64,000 nt of DNA from Vulcanimicrobiota bacterium (GTDB lineage Bacteria; Vulcanimicrobiota; Vulcanimicrobiia; Vulcanimicrobiales; Vulcanimicrobiaceae), in contig CAWHWQ010000002.1 in assembly GCA_963833095.1 (NCBI GenBank), forward strand, positions 160,001 to 224,000, written 5' to 3'. Made by a program: the position numbers and the translations under genes. Under the pieces are notes generated by a model. The model was not told the origin of the DNA. It did not search any database and was given only the letters and a program-made list of their open reading frames with translations. Below, piece after piece: positions 28,677 to 37,464 of this stretch. The first letter of the stretch is position 1; every line of letters starts with the position of its first letter.

Positions 28677-29678
28677 CTACTTGAACAAATCTACCATAGG
28701 GTCAACGCTTGGTGCACTCGCCTGCCCCAAATAGTCATGGATGCCGAAGGCGTCTTCGATCGTGCGCAGGAGTGAATAGTGACTGTACGGCGTCGAATCG
28801 ACCACGCCGCGCGGACCGTGATTGGTGATCACCACCGTCGGAATGTGGCCGCCGCCGGCGTTCGAAGGATCGGCCGGATCGTTGCCGCAGCAGCCCTGCG
28901 TGCCGCCGCCGTCGTCTTCATCGAACGTAATCACGATCGCAGCATTGCCTTGCGACCACGCAGATGACGCCATGATCTCACGCGTCAATGTGTCGACCTC
29001 ACGGTCGCCCCGCGCGATGAGCGCGGACGGATTGTCGGTTCGGCAGTCCGCCGGCGTCCCGTTTCGACCGGCGCCGTGCATTTCGTCGCACACGTTGGGC
29101 ACGATAAAACTGAATGCCGGCAGCCGTCCGCTGTGCAAGTCGGCTTCGAGCGCGTCGAACCCAACTAGATGCTCGGCGCGTTTCGGATCGCGCTGAACGC
29201 CTGCGAAGTTGACGAATCCGGAATGTTTCGAAGCGTAGTAGCCCGACACCACGGCGAGCGAACCGGGCGCCGGCAGCGATTCCTCGTAGTTCTTCCACGA
29301 AAGGCCGGCCGCTTCGAGTTGCGTCGCGAGGCTCGGCGCATCGATCGTATGGTTCACGTAGCCCGGCCGATCGCTGTGCGCACAATACGGACGCGAATCA
29401 TTTGGCACGCAGTAGAATGCGTCGTCGTCGCGGATGCCGTAGGTCGAACCGCCGATCATTGCGACGTAGTTCGGCTCGCTCGGATGCGTCTCGGCAAAGA
29501 ATCGCGACGCCGATCCGTAGGTCTTGGCAAGTCGCGTGATCGCCGGCGCATCGCTGCTTCCCACGATCCGCGCGTAGTCTTTGTTCTCTTCGACGATGAC
29601 GAAGATGTGCTGGTAGCGCGGAATGGCCGCATCCGCGGGCATCGTTGCGGCGAGAAGCAAGGCCAACAATCCGATCAT
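28677..29678 (-). CDS. Secreted phosphoesterase (acid phosphatase / phospholipase C family)
   Basis: HIFVIVEENK, THPSEPNY, FIVPNVCDEMH, ITFDE, YSHYSLLRTIED. Confidence 0.88.
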   Translation of the reverse strand: MIGLLALLLAATMPADAAIPRYQHIFVIVEENKDYARIVGSSDAPAITRLAKTYGSASRFFAETHPSEPNYVAMIGGSTYGIRDDDAFYCVPNDSRPYCAHSDRPGYVNHTIDAPSLATQLEAAGLSWKNYEESLPAPGSLAVVSGYYASKHSGFVNFAGVQRDPKRAEHLVGFDALEADLHSGRLPAFSFIVPNVCDEMHGAGRNGTPADCRTDNPSALIARGDREVDTLTREIMASSAWSQGNAAIVITFDEDDGGGTQGCCGNDPADPSNAGGGHIPTVVITNHGPRGVVDSTPYSHYSLLRTIEDAFGIHDYLGQASAPSVDPMVDLFK

Positions 29679-30454
29679 GGATGCATCGACTCCAATTGCG
29701 TCTGCAGCGGTGCGAGCGAAACGGTGATCATGCCGGTTTGCGGCCGATCGTAGTCGATGACCATCTCAAACACGAGCGCCAAAGCGGCGATATAAATCAT
29801 CGAGAAGACCGCCGGGCGCGCCCGGGCGCGCGCAAAACTCAGCCCAAGCGAAAACACTGCGATGAAAATAAGCAGGAGCGTGCTCGCGACCGCGGCGAGC
29901 GGAACGTGCTGGGTCAGAGCCGCCCGTTGCGCGCTCGCATCGTCGATCGTGTCGTTCAAGGTCTGCATCAAGAGCGAATACCCGAGGTTGGTCTCGTGTG
30001 CGCGAAGGTTCTCCGACGTCACGGTCCAGAGAAATTCTTGATCGCGCTCGCTTTCTTTGAGCCGGCGGGAGAAGAGTGCGAAGTCGTGCGGGGCCGAGTA
30101 CGCTTGCAGCCTCGCCTCCGTATATCGGTACAGCGCGCGCCTGAATTCGGCGCGCAGAGGACCGGGCAGCTGCGCTGCGCGCAGCCAGGTGGTTCCAATG
30201 GCGTTCGCCTCCTTGATGACCAGCTGGCGGCGAACGTCGTAGCGACCTTGCGCTTGCGCAAATGAGAAACCCAGCATGAAGGCGACGAGGGCGAGCAGCC
30301 CCGTTTGGATCGCGTTCCATATCTCGTCGTTGGTCTCAAAGTGTTGCACCAGGGGGCCGCCGAACCGATAGGTCAGCTCGAGCACCGCCACCATCAAGAG
30401 CACGACCGGCCCGATAAAGAACACCCAGTTATCGTGGAAAATCAAATCCGACAT
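29675..30454 (-). CDS. DUF4239 / bestrophin-like membrane protein
   Basis: LLALVAFMLGFSF...RYDVRRQLVIKEANAIGT, DYDRPQTG; SD GGAG before ATG 30454. Confidence 0.8.
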   Translation of the reverse strand: MSDLIFHDNWVFFIGPVVLLMVAVLELTYRFGGPLVQHFETNDEIWNAIQTGLLALVAFMLGFSFAQAQGRYDVRRQLVIKEANAIGTTWLRAAQLPGPLRAEFRRALYRYTEARLQAYSAPHDFALFSRRLKESERDQEFLWTVTSENLRAHETNLGYSLLMQTLNDTIDDASAQRAALTQHVPLAAVASTLLLIFIAVFSLGLSFARARARPAVFSMIYIAALALVFEMVIDYDRPQTGMITVSLAPLQTQLESMHP

Positions 30455-30497
30455 GCTATCATCTCCGGGGAACTTCGCGCTCGCTTGGGAGGTGTCC

Positions 30498-30950
30498 ATG
30501 AACGCACGATTGGCGTTCGCCGTCTTCTTTCTGATTTCCATTTTTGGCGTGCTGAGCATTGCGCCGGCCGGCGCCACCGGAACGATGCGCGTGCAACAAA
30601 GCAACGGCACCGTTCAGGTCTATCACGACGTCCTGATTCGGGTCGCGCAACGATCCTTACGGATTGGGTCGAAAGATCGCAAAGGCGTGTTGGTGATCGA
30701 CCGCGCGGCCTGCACCTACGCAGGTGCAATCCTGCGCTGCTTACCATCGACCATGAAGCTGGAGCAGAGTGGCCAAACCAAGGAGATCCCGCTCATCACC
30801 GGGACGATTTATGTGAATCTCACCGGCGACGATCAGCAGCTCCGCCACTCTTCGACGCAGCTTGCGCCACATGATATTCTGCTGGCGCTGCAAACCAAGC
30901 GCGGAACCTATGTTTCCCTGCACGGCCACATCGACGAGATACAGCCATGA
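30498..30950 (+). CDS. Secreted beta-rich hypothetical protein, module gene A copy 1
   Basis: SD GGAGGTG; signal peptide; clear paralogue of 37006-37464. Confidence 0.85.
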   Translation: MNARLAFAVFFLISIFGVLSIAPAGATGTMRVQQSNGTVQVYHDVLIRVAQRSLRIGSKDRKGVLVIDRAACTYAGAILRCLPSTMKLEQSGQTKEIPLITGTIYVNLTGDDQQLRHSSTQLAPHDILLALQTKRGTYVSLHGHIDEIQP

Positions 30951-31762
30951 AGTGCGCACGCGCGCTTCCCGCGCTCGTCCTTCTGTTTAGCGTTCCGCTG
31001 ACGGCCCTCGCCGCTCGCGCGCGGCGGCGGCGGCGGCGCGCGGCCCGCGGCGCCGGCGGCGCGACCAGCGGCTCCGGCGGCGCGGCCAGCAGCTCCGGCC
31101 GCGCGTGCCCGGCGGCTCCGAGCGGCGGCTTCAATTTCAACAACGATACGCGACCCCAGTCACCGGCGCAGCGACCCAATCCGCCGGCGCAACACCGAAT
31201 CCACCAGCGCAACGTCCGAATCCGCCGGCACAGCGCCCAATCCGCCGGCGCAACGGCCCAATCCACCGGTGCAACGACCCAATCCGCCGGCGCAACGACC
31301 GAATCCGCCGGCGCAACGATCCGAATCCGCCGGCGCAGCGTCCGCCGAGTCCCAACTACCGTCCGCCGAATTACCGGCCACCGCATACCGTAGTGGTGGT
31401 TAATCCGATCTATCGCGGACCGGCGTGGGGATGGAATCGCGGCGTTGCATGGTATCCCGCACCGGCATACTGGGGCGGCGGCTTTTGGGGCACGCTGGCA
31501 ATCGCCGCAACCTCGGCCGCGGTCTTCGGATACATCGTACGGGCAAAACGATCAGCAGATCGTGTCCTATCAGGTGCAGCCCAATAGCCCCGGCGCACAG
31601 ATGCTGATGAACTATCAGTTAACGCAGACGCAATGCGGGCCACCCAACCTCGTCGTGATCTACGGTCCGGATAACAGCGTGATCTGCGCCTACCCCAACA
31701 ACTTGGTATCGGCCGGAACCTACAGCCTCGATCCCTCGACGCTCACGCTCTCCTCGTACTGA
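30947..31762 (+). CDS. Secreted Pro-rich protein with a conserved Cys-containing C-terminal domain, module gene B copy 1 (several frameshifts)
   Basis: Pieces in three frames rebuild signal peptide - Gly-rich - (PAQRPNP)n - WGWNRG.AWYPAP.YWGGGFWG - CGPPNLVVI.GP..SVICAYPN; paralogue of the intact 37461-38222. Confidence 0.8.
31163..31345 (+). repeat. Coding tandem repeat of about 21 bp, 8-9 units (PAQRPNP)
   Basis: Consensus ccggcgcaacgaccSaatccg; three units are 20, 20 and 22 nt long. Confidence 0.9.
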
Positions 31763-31775
31763 CGGGGCGGCGAGC

Positions 31776-32165
31776 ATGAACGAGAACGAACGCATCACAG
31801 CAGGCAAGGCGTTACGGCGTAAGGTGCTGGGCGATGCATACGTCGATCGTCCCGGTCCGCAACCAACCAAATTTGCGGCCGCATTCGCGGAGTTCGCGAA
31901 CGAGCATTGCTGGGCGAACGTTTGGATCCGTCCGGGGCTGGATCTGCGCACGCGTAGCATGCTCAATCTCGCGATGCTCGCGTCGCTTGCGCGTTGGCCC
32001 GAATTCGAAGTGCACATTCGCGGCGCGCTCAACAACGGCGTGACCGAGGATGAGATCGTCGAAATCATTTTGCAGGCAGGCGTGTACGCCGGTATTCCGA
32101 TCGCCTCTGAAGCATTTCGCGCGGCGGATCGCGCGGTCGCTGCTTACAAAGCCGAAAAAACCTAG
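31776..32165 (+). CDS. Carboxymuconolactone decarboxylase family protein
   Basis: G..LRRKVLGDAYVD, W..VW.RPGLD.RTRS, HIRGALNNG, YAGIP. Confidence 0.9.
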   Translation: MNENERITAGKALRRKVLGDAYVDRPGPQPTKFAAAFAEFANEHCWANVWIRPGLDLRTRSMLNLAMLASLARWPEFEVHIRGALNNGVTEDEIVEIILQAGVYAGIPIASEAFRAADRAVAAYKAEKT

Positions 32166-32864
32166 AGCGGCGCCAAGAACTGTGCGAGCAGCGGCGTCGC
32201 CGGCTTCGCGCGGAGCTGAGTCCATGTCGCGTCTTGCGACGATTCGGCCATGTTCCACGACGACCGCGCGCGCGCAAAGACGCTCGAGCACGTCGGATTC
32301 GTGATCGACCAGGAGCATCGTGAACCCAAGCTCGCGCTGCCATTGCGCGATCGCGCCGAGCAGTTCGCGCACCAGATGGCGATCGAGTCCGGCGAACGGC
32401 TCGTCGAGCAGAACCAGATGTGGCCGGCGCGCGAGCATGCGCGCCAGCGCGACGCGTCGCGCCTGTCCACCCGAGATCGCGTGCGCGGGGGCATTCCAAA
32501 TCGGTTCGAGATGCAGACGTTCGCGTAACTGCGCCACCCATTCATCGCCGCCGTCACGCGCTCCGTTGGTCAAGTCCAAAGCGCACGTTCTCGGCCACGC
32601 GCAAATGTGGAAACAGATTTGCGTCCTGCGTCAAATAGCCGATTGGACGCCGATGCAAGCGGCATCGGCGGAGGAAAGAGCGTCACGTCATCGAGGGTCA
32701 CGTGTCCAGCGTCGGGAAGTTCGGCGCCCGCAATGCAGGCGAGAATCGTGCTCTTTCCCGCGCCCGACGCGCCGAACAATCCACACGCTTCTCCCGCGCC
32801 GACACGAACGGCGACATCGACGGTAAATTGTTCGCGGCGCTTTTGAGATCTGCGCGTCAAGCAT
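32162..32864 (-). CDS. Molybdate/tungstate ABC ATPase, ModC-like (multiple frameshifts)
   Basis: GLFGASGAGKST, ISGGQARRVALAR, LLDEPFAGLD spread over frames. Confidence 0.8.
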
Positions 32865-33574
32865 GGCGCGTTTCCTGCACCTTCCGCTGCGCGAGCACGT
32901 GCGCGAGCCACGGCAGCGGCAGCGCGGTCGCGAGAAAGATGACCAGCAGCGGCATCACGGCCGGCAATCCAAAGTTTTCGAGGTTGGTCCAGATCGCGAC
33001 CGGCATGCCGGCCGGATAGTACGCCGTCACCAAAATCGCGCCGAATTCGGTCAACGCGCGCACCCAAGCTAGGCTTAGCGCGACGGCGAACCCGAGGCGC
33101 GCAATCGGATACGTCACGCGCCAAAAGACGCTCCACGGATCGTGCCCGAGCAATCCGGCCTGCACTTCGAGCGATCGCGGTACCGTATCGAGTGCGGCGA
33201 CCGCGCCCAGCACGTAGTAACCGATGCTCGCGTAGACTTGCGTGACGATGAATGCCAGCGGCGTATTGGCCGAAATGCGCACCGAACGCGAGCGAAAGCA
33301 AAATCCCCAGTGCAAGCGGCGGCAGCAACACGGAGACGAGCAAGACGGCCTGCCACCATATACGCTCGCGCGGCGCGCAGCGCGCAACATACAACGCCAT
33401 GGGTGTGCCGAACGCGACAACAATGAGCATCGCAACCGCGGTGAGCCCGAGCGAGACGCGCACTGCGTCGAATGTTGCGCTGCTCTGCCAGCGCCATGGC
33501 CCGATGCGCGCGAACAATCCGGCCAGCGGATAGAGCAGCGCGAGTCCGAAGAGCAGCGCGCCGAAGCGTTTCAC
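32857..33574 (-). CDS. Molybdate/tungstate ABC permease, ModB-like (frameshift near 33270)
   Basis: GTPMALY, LLPPLALGILL, then AWVRALTEFGA in another frame. Confidence 0.82.
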
Positions 33575-34485
33575 TTACAGAACAGACGCGCCAACCGGCG
33601 GATCGTAGGAATATTTGCGAAGAATCGCTTGCGCTCGGGGTCCGGAGAACCACTGCACAAAGGCTGCGGCTTTATCGGGATGCGCCGCCCCCACGATCGT
33701 CGCGGCGTAATAGACGAGCGCTTGGGGATGGTAGGTCTTGCCGTTTAGATCCAGCGTCGCGCTTTGATAGGCCGCGTGCATCGACTGATTCCCTAGGTTA
33801 ATCTCGTCGGGTAATTGGATGAACGGCAAGCCGAACGGGCCGGGTTGTATGCGATAGGCAGACGCCGCGTCGAGTTCGCCGCTCTGCAAACGCGCTTCGA
33901 CCGTCGGTTCGGCGAAGATCTGCGCGGCGTTGATCGTGTTGCCGAGGATTTTTTGCGCAAGGCCGGCTTGTTTGTAATACGCTTCGGCCAGTTGCAAGGT
34001 GAAGATATGTTGCGCCCCTGCGGATCGGTAGCGGGATCCGTGCGCCCGAAGCGTATCCCTGGCTGCTGCAGGATTACATACCACGGCATCGCGCCGGGCT
34101 TATCCGCGTCGGCAAAGGCTTTGGCGAACGCGCTCTTCGGGCTGTAGGCGATGACCATCTCGGTGCGCGCGATCGGCACGGCGTGGAGCGCCTTGCCCGC
34201 TTTGAGCACGGTCATCATCGGACCCGGTGTCACGGGCACAAAGACGTCGGCCGGAATGCTTGCGCCGACGATCAATTGCGCTAGCGCATCCGAGCCTTGG
34301 GCGCGTCCGTGCATGTCGATGCCCAGAGTCTTGGCGACGGCGTCTTTCACGGGGCCTTCCATCATCGAGCCCATCGAGCCCGCGTAGGCAACGTCGAGCG
34401 GCGTGAGCCCTTGCGCAAACGCCTTTGACGTCAAGGCCACACCGGCGAGTCCCAAACTCGTTGCGATCCACTTTCGGCGATTCAC
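33575..34485 (-). CDS. Molybdate/tungstate-binding protein, ModA/WtpA-like (frameshift near 34007)
   Basis: RR leader; YAGSM, GSDALA, GRTDPATDPQG, LQSGELDA..AY, LPDEINL. Confidence 0.85.
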
Positions 34486-35420
34486 GCGATCATTTCTCCC
34501 ATTGCAGTCACGTCATAGGCGTCAAGTGCTTGCACGTCGAGCCGATACGGTTGCGAGCGCAGGGTTTCCAGCAAAACGCGAATCTCCGGCGCGCTGCTCG
34601 CGCGTCGCGAAACGACCAGCATGCAACGCTCTTCGCGCAGCGGGATGAAATCGAGCTCGTAAATGCGCGCGATGCTGGCCATTCCGACGGCGACGTCGGC
34701 AAAGCCATGCGCGATCGCGCGTCCGGCATCGAGTTGACCAGGGAGCTCGCGATCGTAACCGGCGACCGCATGCGGATCGAGTTGCGCGCGGCGAAATTGC
34801 TCGTCGATGAGTTGCCGCGCACCCGCGCCCGCCGGCCGATTCACCAGGCGCGCGCCACGTCGCGCGAGATCGGCAACGCCGCGTATGCGCAGCGGGTTGC
34901 CGCGCGCGACCAGCCAGCCTTCTTGCGTCTTGGCAAGCTCGAAACGTTCGTAATCGTCGTCGGCGGCGCGCGATCGTACCGCGCCGTGCAGCACGGCAGC
35001 ATGGACGCGGCCGCGACGCAGCTCCTCGAGCGCGGCACGGTTGGTCATCGGCAGCCACAACACGCGCAACTCGCGCTCGCGCAGCATCGCATGTCGCGCC
35101 AGCAATCCCGTCGTCACATCGCATCCGCCAATGAGCACGGCCGGTAGCGCGCTGTGCGTGGGCTCGAGCGCGAGGTACTCGCGCGCGACGTTTTCAAACG
35201 CGCGCGGCTTCGGACCGGCCGGGGCAGCGAAGAGCTCTTCGACGCTGACGCCCAGCACGCGCGCAAGGGCTAGCGCGATGCCCACGCCGGGCTGCATTCG
35301 CCCGGCTTCGATCGCGCTCACCGCCTGCCGGGTTACGCCCGCCGCTTCGGCGAGCGCGCGCTGCGAAAACCCGCGCGCCGTGCGCACGGCCTGCAAACTA
35401 CACGCAACGATCCGTGCCAT
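34482..35420 (-). CDS. XRE-HTH plus molybdate-binding PBP-like domain regulator
   Basis: SQRALAEAAGVTRQAVSAIEAG; GWLVARGNP, LVNRPAGAGAR, ADVAVG, LDFIPLREE. Confidence 0.88.
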   Translation of the reverse strand: MARIVACSLQAVRTARGFSQRALAEAAGVTRQAVSAIEAGRMQPGVGIALALARVLGVSVEELFAAPAGPKPRAFENVAREYLALEPTHSALPAVLIGGCDVTTGLLARHAMLRERELRVLWLPMTNRAALEELRRGRVHAAVLHGAVRSRAADDDYERFELAKTQEGWLVARGNPLRIRGVADLARRGARLVNRPAGAGARQLIDEQFRRAQLDPHAVAGYDRELPGQLDAGRAIAHGFADVAVGMASIARIYELDFIPLREERCMLVVSRRASSAPEIRVLLETLRSQPYRLDVQALDAYDVTAMGEMIA

Positions 35421-35460
35421 AGGGAAAGGATCATTGCCTAGTCAGCGGTCTGCTCCTGCG

Positions 35461-36105
35461 TTAGGCAAAGATCAGGCGCTCGATGGCGCCCGCGAGCGCC
35501 TGGTGTTCGTCTTTGCGTACCTGCGCCGGGACCATCAGCGAGACGGCGACGGCAAGGGCAGGGCGATCGCGCGCGACGATCGTCGCGTAGCCATGCACGC
35601 ACAACAGCTCGAGATAACGCTCGAACATCCGGACGTGCCGCGCGCGGTGCTCGTTCGCCGCCCTATCGGCCACGCCTGATGCCCATAACGCGAGGAGCCA
35701 AGCGCGCAGACGCGCACGCTCCGCATCCACGTCGTTGGCGATCGCGTGCAATTGCGTAAGACGCGTCTCGAACCGGTCGTTCGCGCCTTTAGACCAGTCT
35801 CGTAGCAGGTCGTCGCGCGAGGCAAAGTAGCGGTAGAGCGTCGCCGGCGTCACCCCGGCCTCGGCGGCGATGTCTCGCGCGGTGATCTCGTCCCAGGCGG
35901 CGCGCCCGAGCAGGCGCCCGAGTGCCGCGGTCAGATTCGCTCGCGTCTGAGCGCCCGCGGCCCGCCGCCGGGGCGGAGACCCGCCCAGTGCCTTCCCGAG
36001 GTAACGCCATTTGTTGCGCGGCTTCCCCGTCTCCGGGTCCCGGTAGCTCTCGACCAGATAGCGGTACTCGCGCCCGCCGATCGTCTTGCGCACCTCGTAG
36101 CTCAT
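35461..36105 (-). CDS. TetR-family regulator with an extra N-terminal beta-sheet domain
   Basis: ITARDIAAEAGVTPATLYRYFASRDDL, preceded by RKTIGGREYRYLVESYRDPETGKPRNKWRYLGK. Confidence 0.85.
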   Translation of the reverse strand: MSYEVRKTIGGREYRYLVESYRDPETGKPRNKWRYLGKALGGSPPRRRAAGAQTRANLTAALGRLLGRAAWDEITARDIAAEAGVTPATLYRYFASRDDLLRDWSKGANDRFETRLTQLHAIANDVDAERARLRAWLLALWASGVADRAANEHRARHVRMFERYLELLCVHGYATIVARDRPALAVAVSLMVPAQVRKDEHQALAGAIERLIFA

Positions 36106-36108
36106 GTG

Positions 36109-36134
36109 GTAACGGATTTATGGCGTAACGGATT
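36109..36134. promoter_or_regulatory. Direct repeat GTAACGGATT x2 (16-bp period), candidate operator
   Basis: Copies at 36109-36118 and 36125-36134 in the 50-bp divergent intergenic region. Confidence 0.6.
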
Positions 36135-36155
36135 AATTACCTACTACAATGCGCT

Positions 36156-36992
36156 ATGCTGCTGCAGATGAGCTATCGCAAGAACTTCGTCGTCGAGCCA
36201 GGGAGCCGCGTCGACCTTGCCTCGATCGACCCCGGTTGTAAGGACGAGCACAAGAACAAGGCCGAAGCGGCCGCCGATATGCAGCGCGACATTGAGAAGC
36301 TGTTCGGCCTCCAATACTTGCTCTACGCCGGAAATGAGCGTTCGCTCTTGATCGTGCTCCAAGGCCTCGACGCTGCCGGGAAGGACGGGACGATCGGCCA
36401 CGTCTTTCGCGGGCTCAATCCGCAAGGCGCTCGCGTGCATTCGTTCAAAGAGCCCTCGCGCGAAGAGGCCGCGCACGACTTCTTATGGCGCGCCCACGTT
36501 CCCGCGCCGGAGCGCGGCGAGATCGTGATCTTCAACCGGTCGCACTACGAAGACGTGTTGATCGTACGCGTGCACGACCTCGTCCCCGAAAGCGTGTGGT
36601 CCAAACGCTACGAATTGATCAACGCGTTTGAGAAAGATCTCACGCAAGCGGGAACCACGATTCTCAAGTTTTACTTGCACATCAGCGAGAAAGAACAGCT
36701 CAAGCGCTTCGGAGACCGCCTCGATGATCCGTCGCGGCGGTGGAAGATCAGCGAGGCCGACTACACCGAGCGTTCGTACTTCGCGCAGTATCTGCGCGCG
36801 TACGAAGAGGTGTTTGCAAAGACGAGTACGCCCCACGCGCCGTGGTTCGTCATTCCTTCGGACCACAAGTGGTTTCGCAATCTCGCCGTTTCGAAAATCG
36901 TGGTCGAGACGCTCGATTCGCTCAACATGAAACTCCCGCGGACCACCGTCGATCTGGAGGACATTCGTCGCAAGTATGAGCAGGCAAAGTAG
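36156..36992 (+). CDS. ppk2: Polyphosphate kinase 2 family protein (class III-like)
   Basis: LQGLDAAGKDGTI, SFKEPS, HDFLWR, FNRSHYEDVL, WKIS.AD, PWFVIPSDHKW; start 36156 or 36168. Confidence 0.92.
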   Translation: MLLQMSYRKNFVVEPGSRVDLASIDPGCKDEHKNKAEAAADMQRDIEKLFGLQYLLYAGNERSLLIVLQGLDAAGKDGTIGHVFRGLNPQGARVHSFKEPSREEAAHDFLWRAHVPAPERGEIVIFNRSHYEDVLIVRVHDLVPESVWSKRYELINAFEKDLTQAGTTILKFYLHISEKEQLKRFGDRLDDPSRRWKISEADYTERSYFAQYLRAYEEVFAKTSTPHAPWFVIPSDHKWFRNLAVSKIVVETLDSLNMKLPRTTVDLEDIRRKYEQAK

Positions 36993-37005
36993 CGAATCAC
37001 TACTC

Positions 37006-37464
37006 ATGAGCATTAGGAAGAAGGCGATTGCTGCGCTCGCTCTCGGCGGGCTGCTCGCGGGCCTCACTCTCGGCTCGCCCGCCTGGGCAAACGGTCTAGT
37101 GCGGGTCCAGCAGAGCGACGGTTCGGTGCGCGAGTACCCGCAGACCGCGATGCGTTGGAACGGACAGACACTGTGGCTTCACAGCGCCGACGGAAAGGGT
37201 GTGCTCGAGATCACGACGGCAGCCTGCTCCGACGCGGACAACTTGGTGCGTTGCTTACCGTATGCGATCACGCTCCATCAGAGTGGCGCCAAACGACCGA
37301 TCGCAGTAGAACACGGCACGATCTACATGAACTTTTCAAGCGAAGGGCATCGCGTGCCGTACTCATCCCAACTGCTGGGCGCGCACCATTTGCTCGTCGC
37401 GATACGAACGAAACACGGCACGTACATAACCGTGCGTGGCGACGTCGACGAGGTCAAGCAATGA
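37006..37464 (+). CDS. Secreted beta-rich hypothetical protein, module gene A copy 2
   Basis: Signal peptide ending PAWA; RVQQS.G, S.D.KGVL.I..AAC, RCLP, GTIY.N, TK.GTY shared with 30498-30950. Confidence 0.85.
   Translation: MSIRKKAIAALALGGLLAGLTLGSPAWANGLVRVQQSDGSVREYPQTAMRWNGQTLWLHSADGKGVLEITTAACSDADNLVRCLPYAITLHQSGAKRPIAVEHGTIYMNFSSEGHRVPYSSQLLGAHHLLVAIRTKHGTYITVRGDVDEVKQ

Noticed and set aside
31163..31345. Regular repeats of about 21 bp as a CRISPR array
   Set aside because: Units are contiguous with no unique spacers, vary at synonymous positions, encode PAQRPNP, and no cas genes are present.
32162..34485. Programmed frameshifting or phase variation in the mod operon
   Set aside because: Shifts are numerous, scattered and not at slippery heptamers or long homopolymers; sequencing error is the simpler explanation.
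35990..36134. IS element at the TetR N-terminus
   Set aside because: No DDE catalytic region, terminal inverted repeats or target duplication; the segment is fused in frame to TetR.
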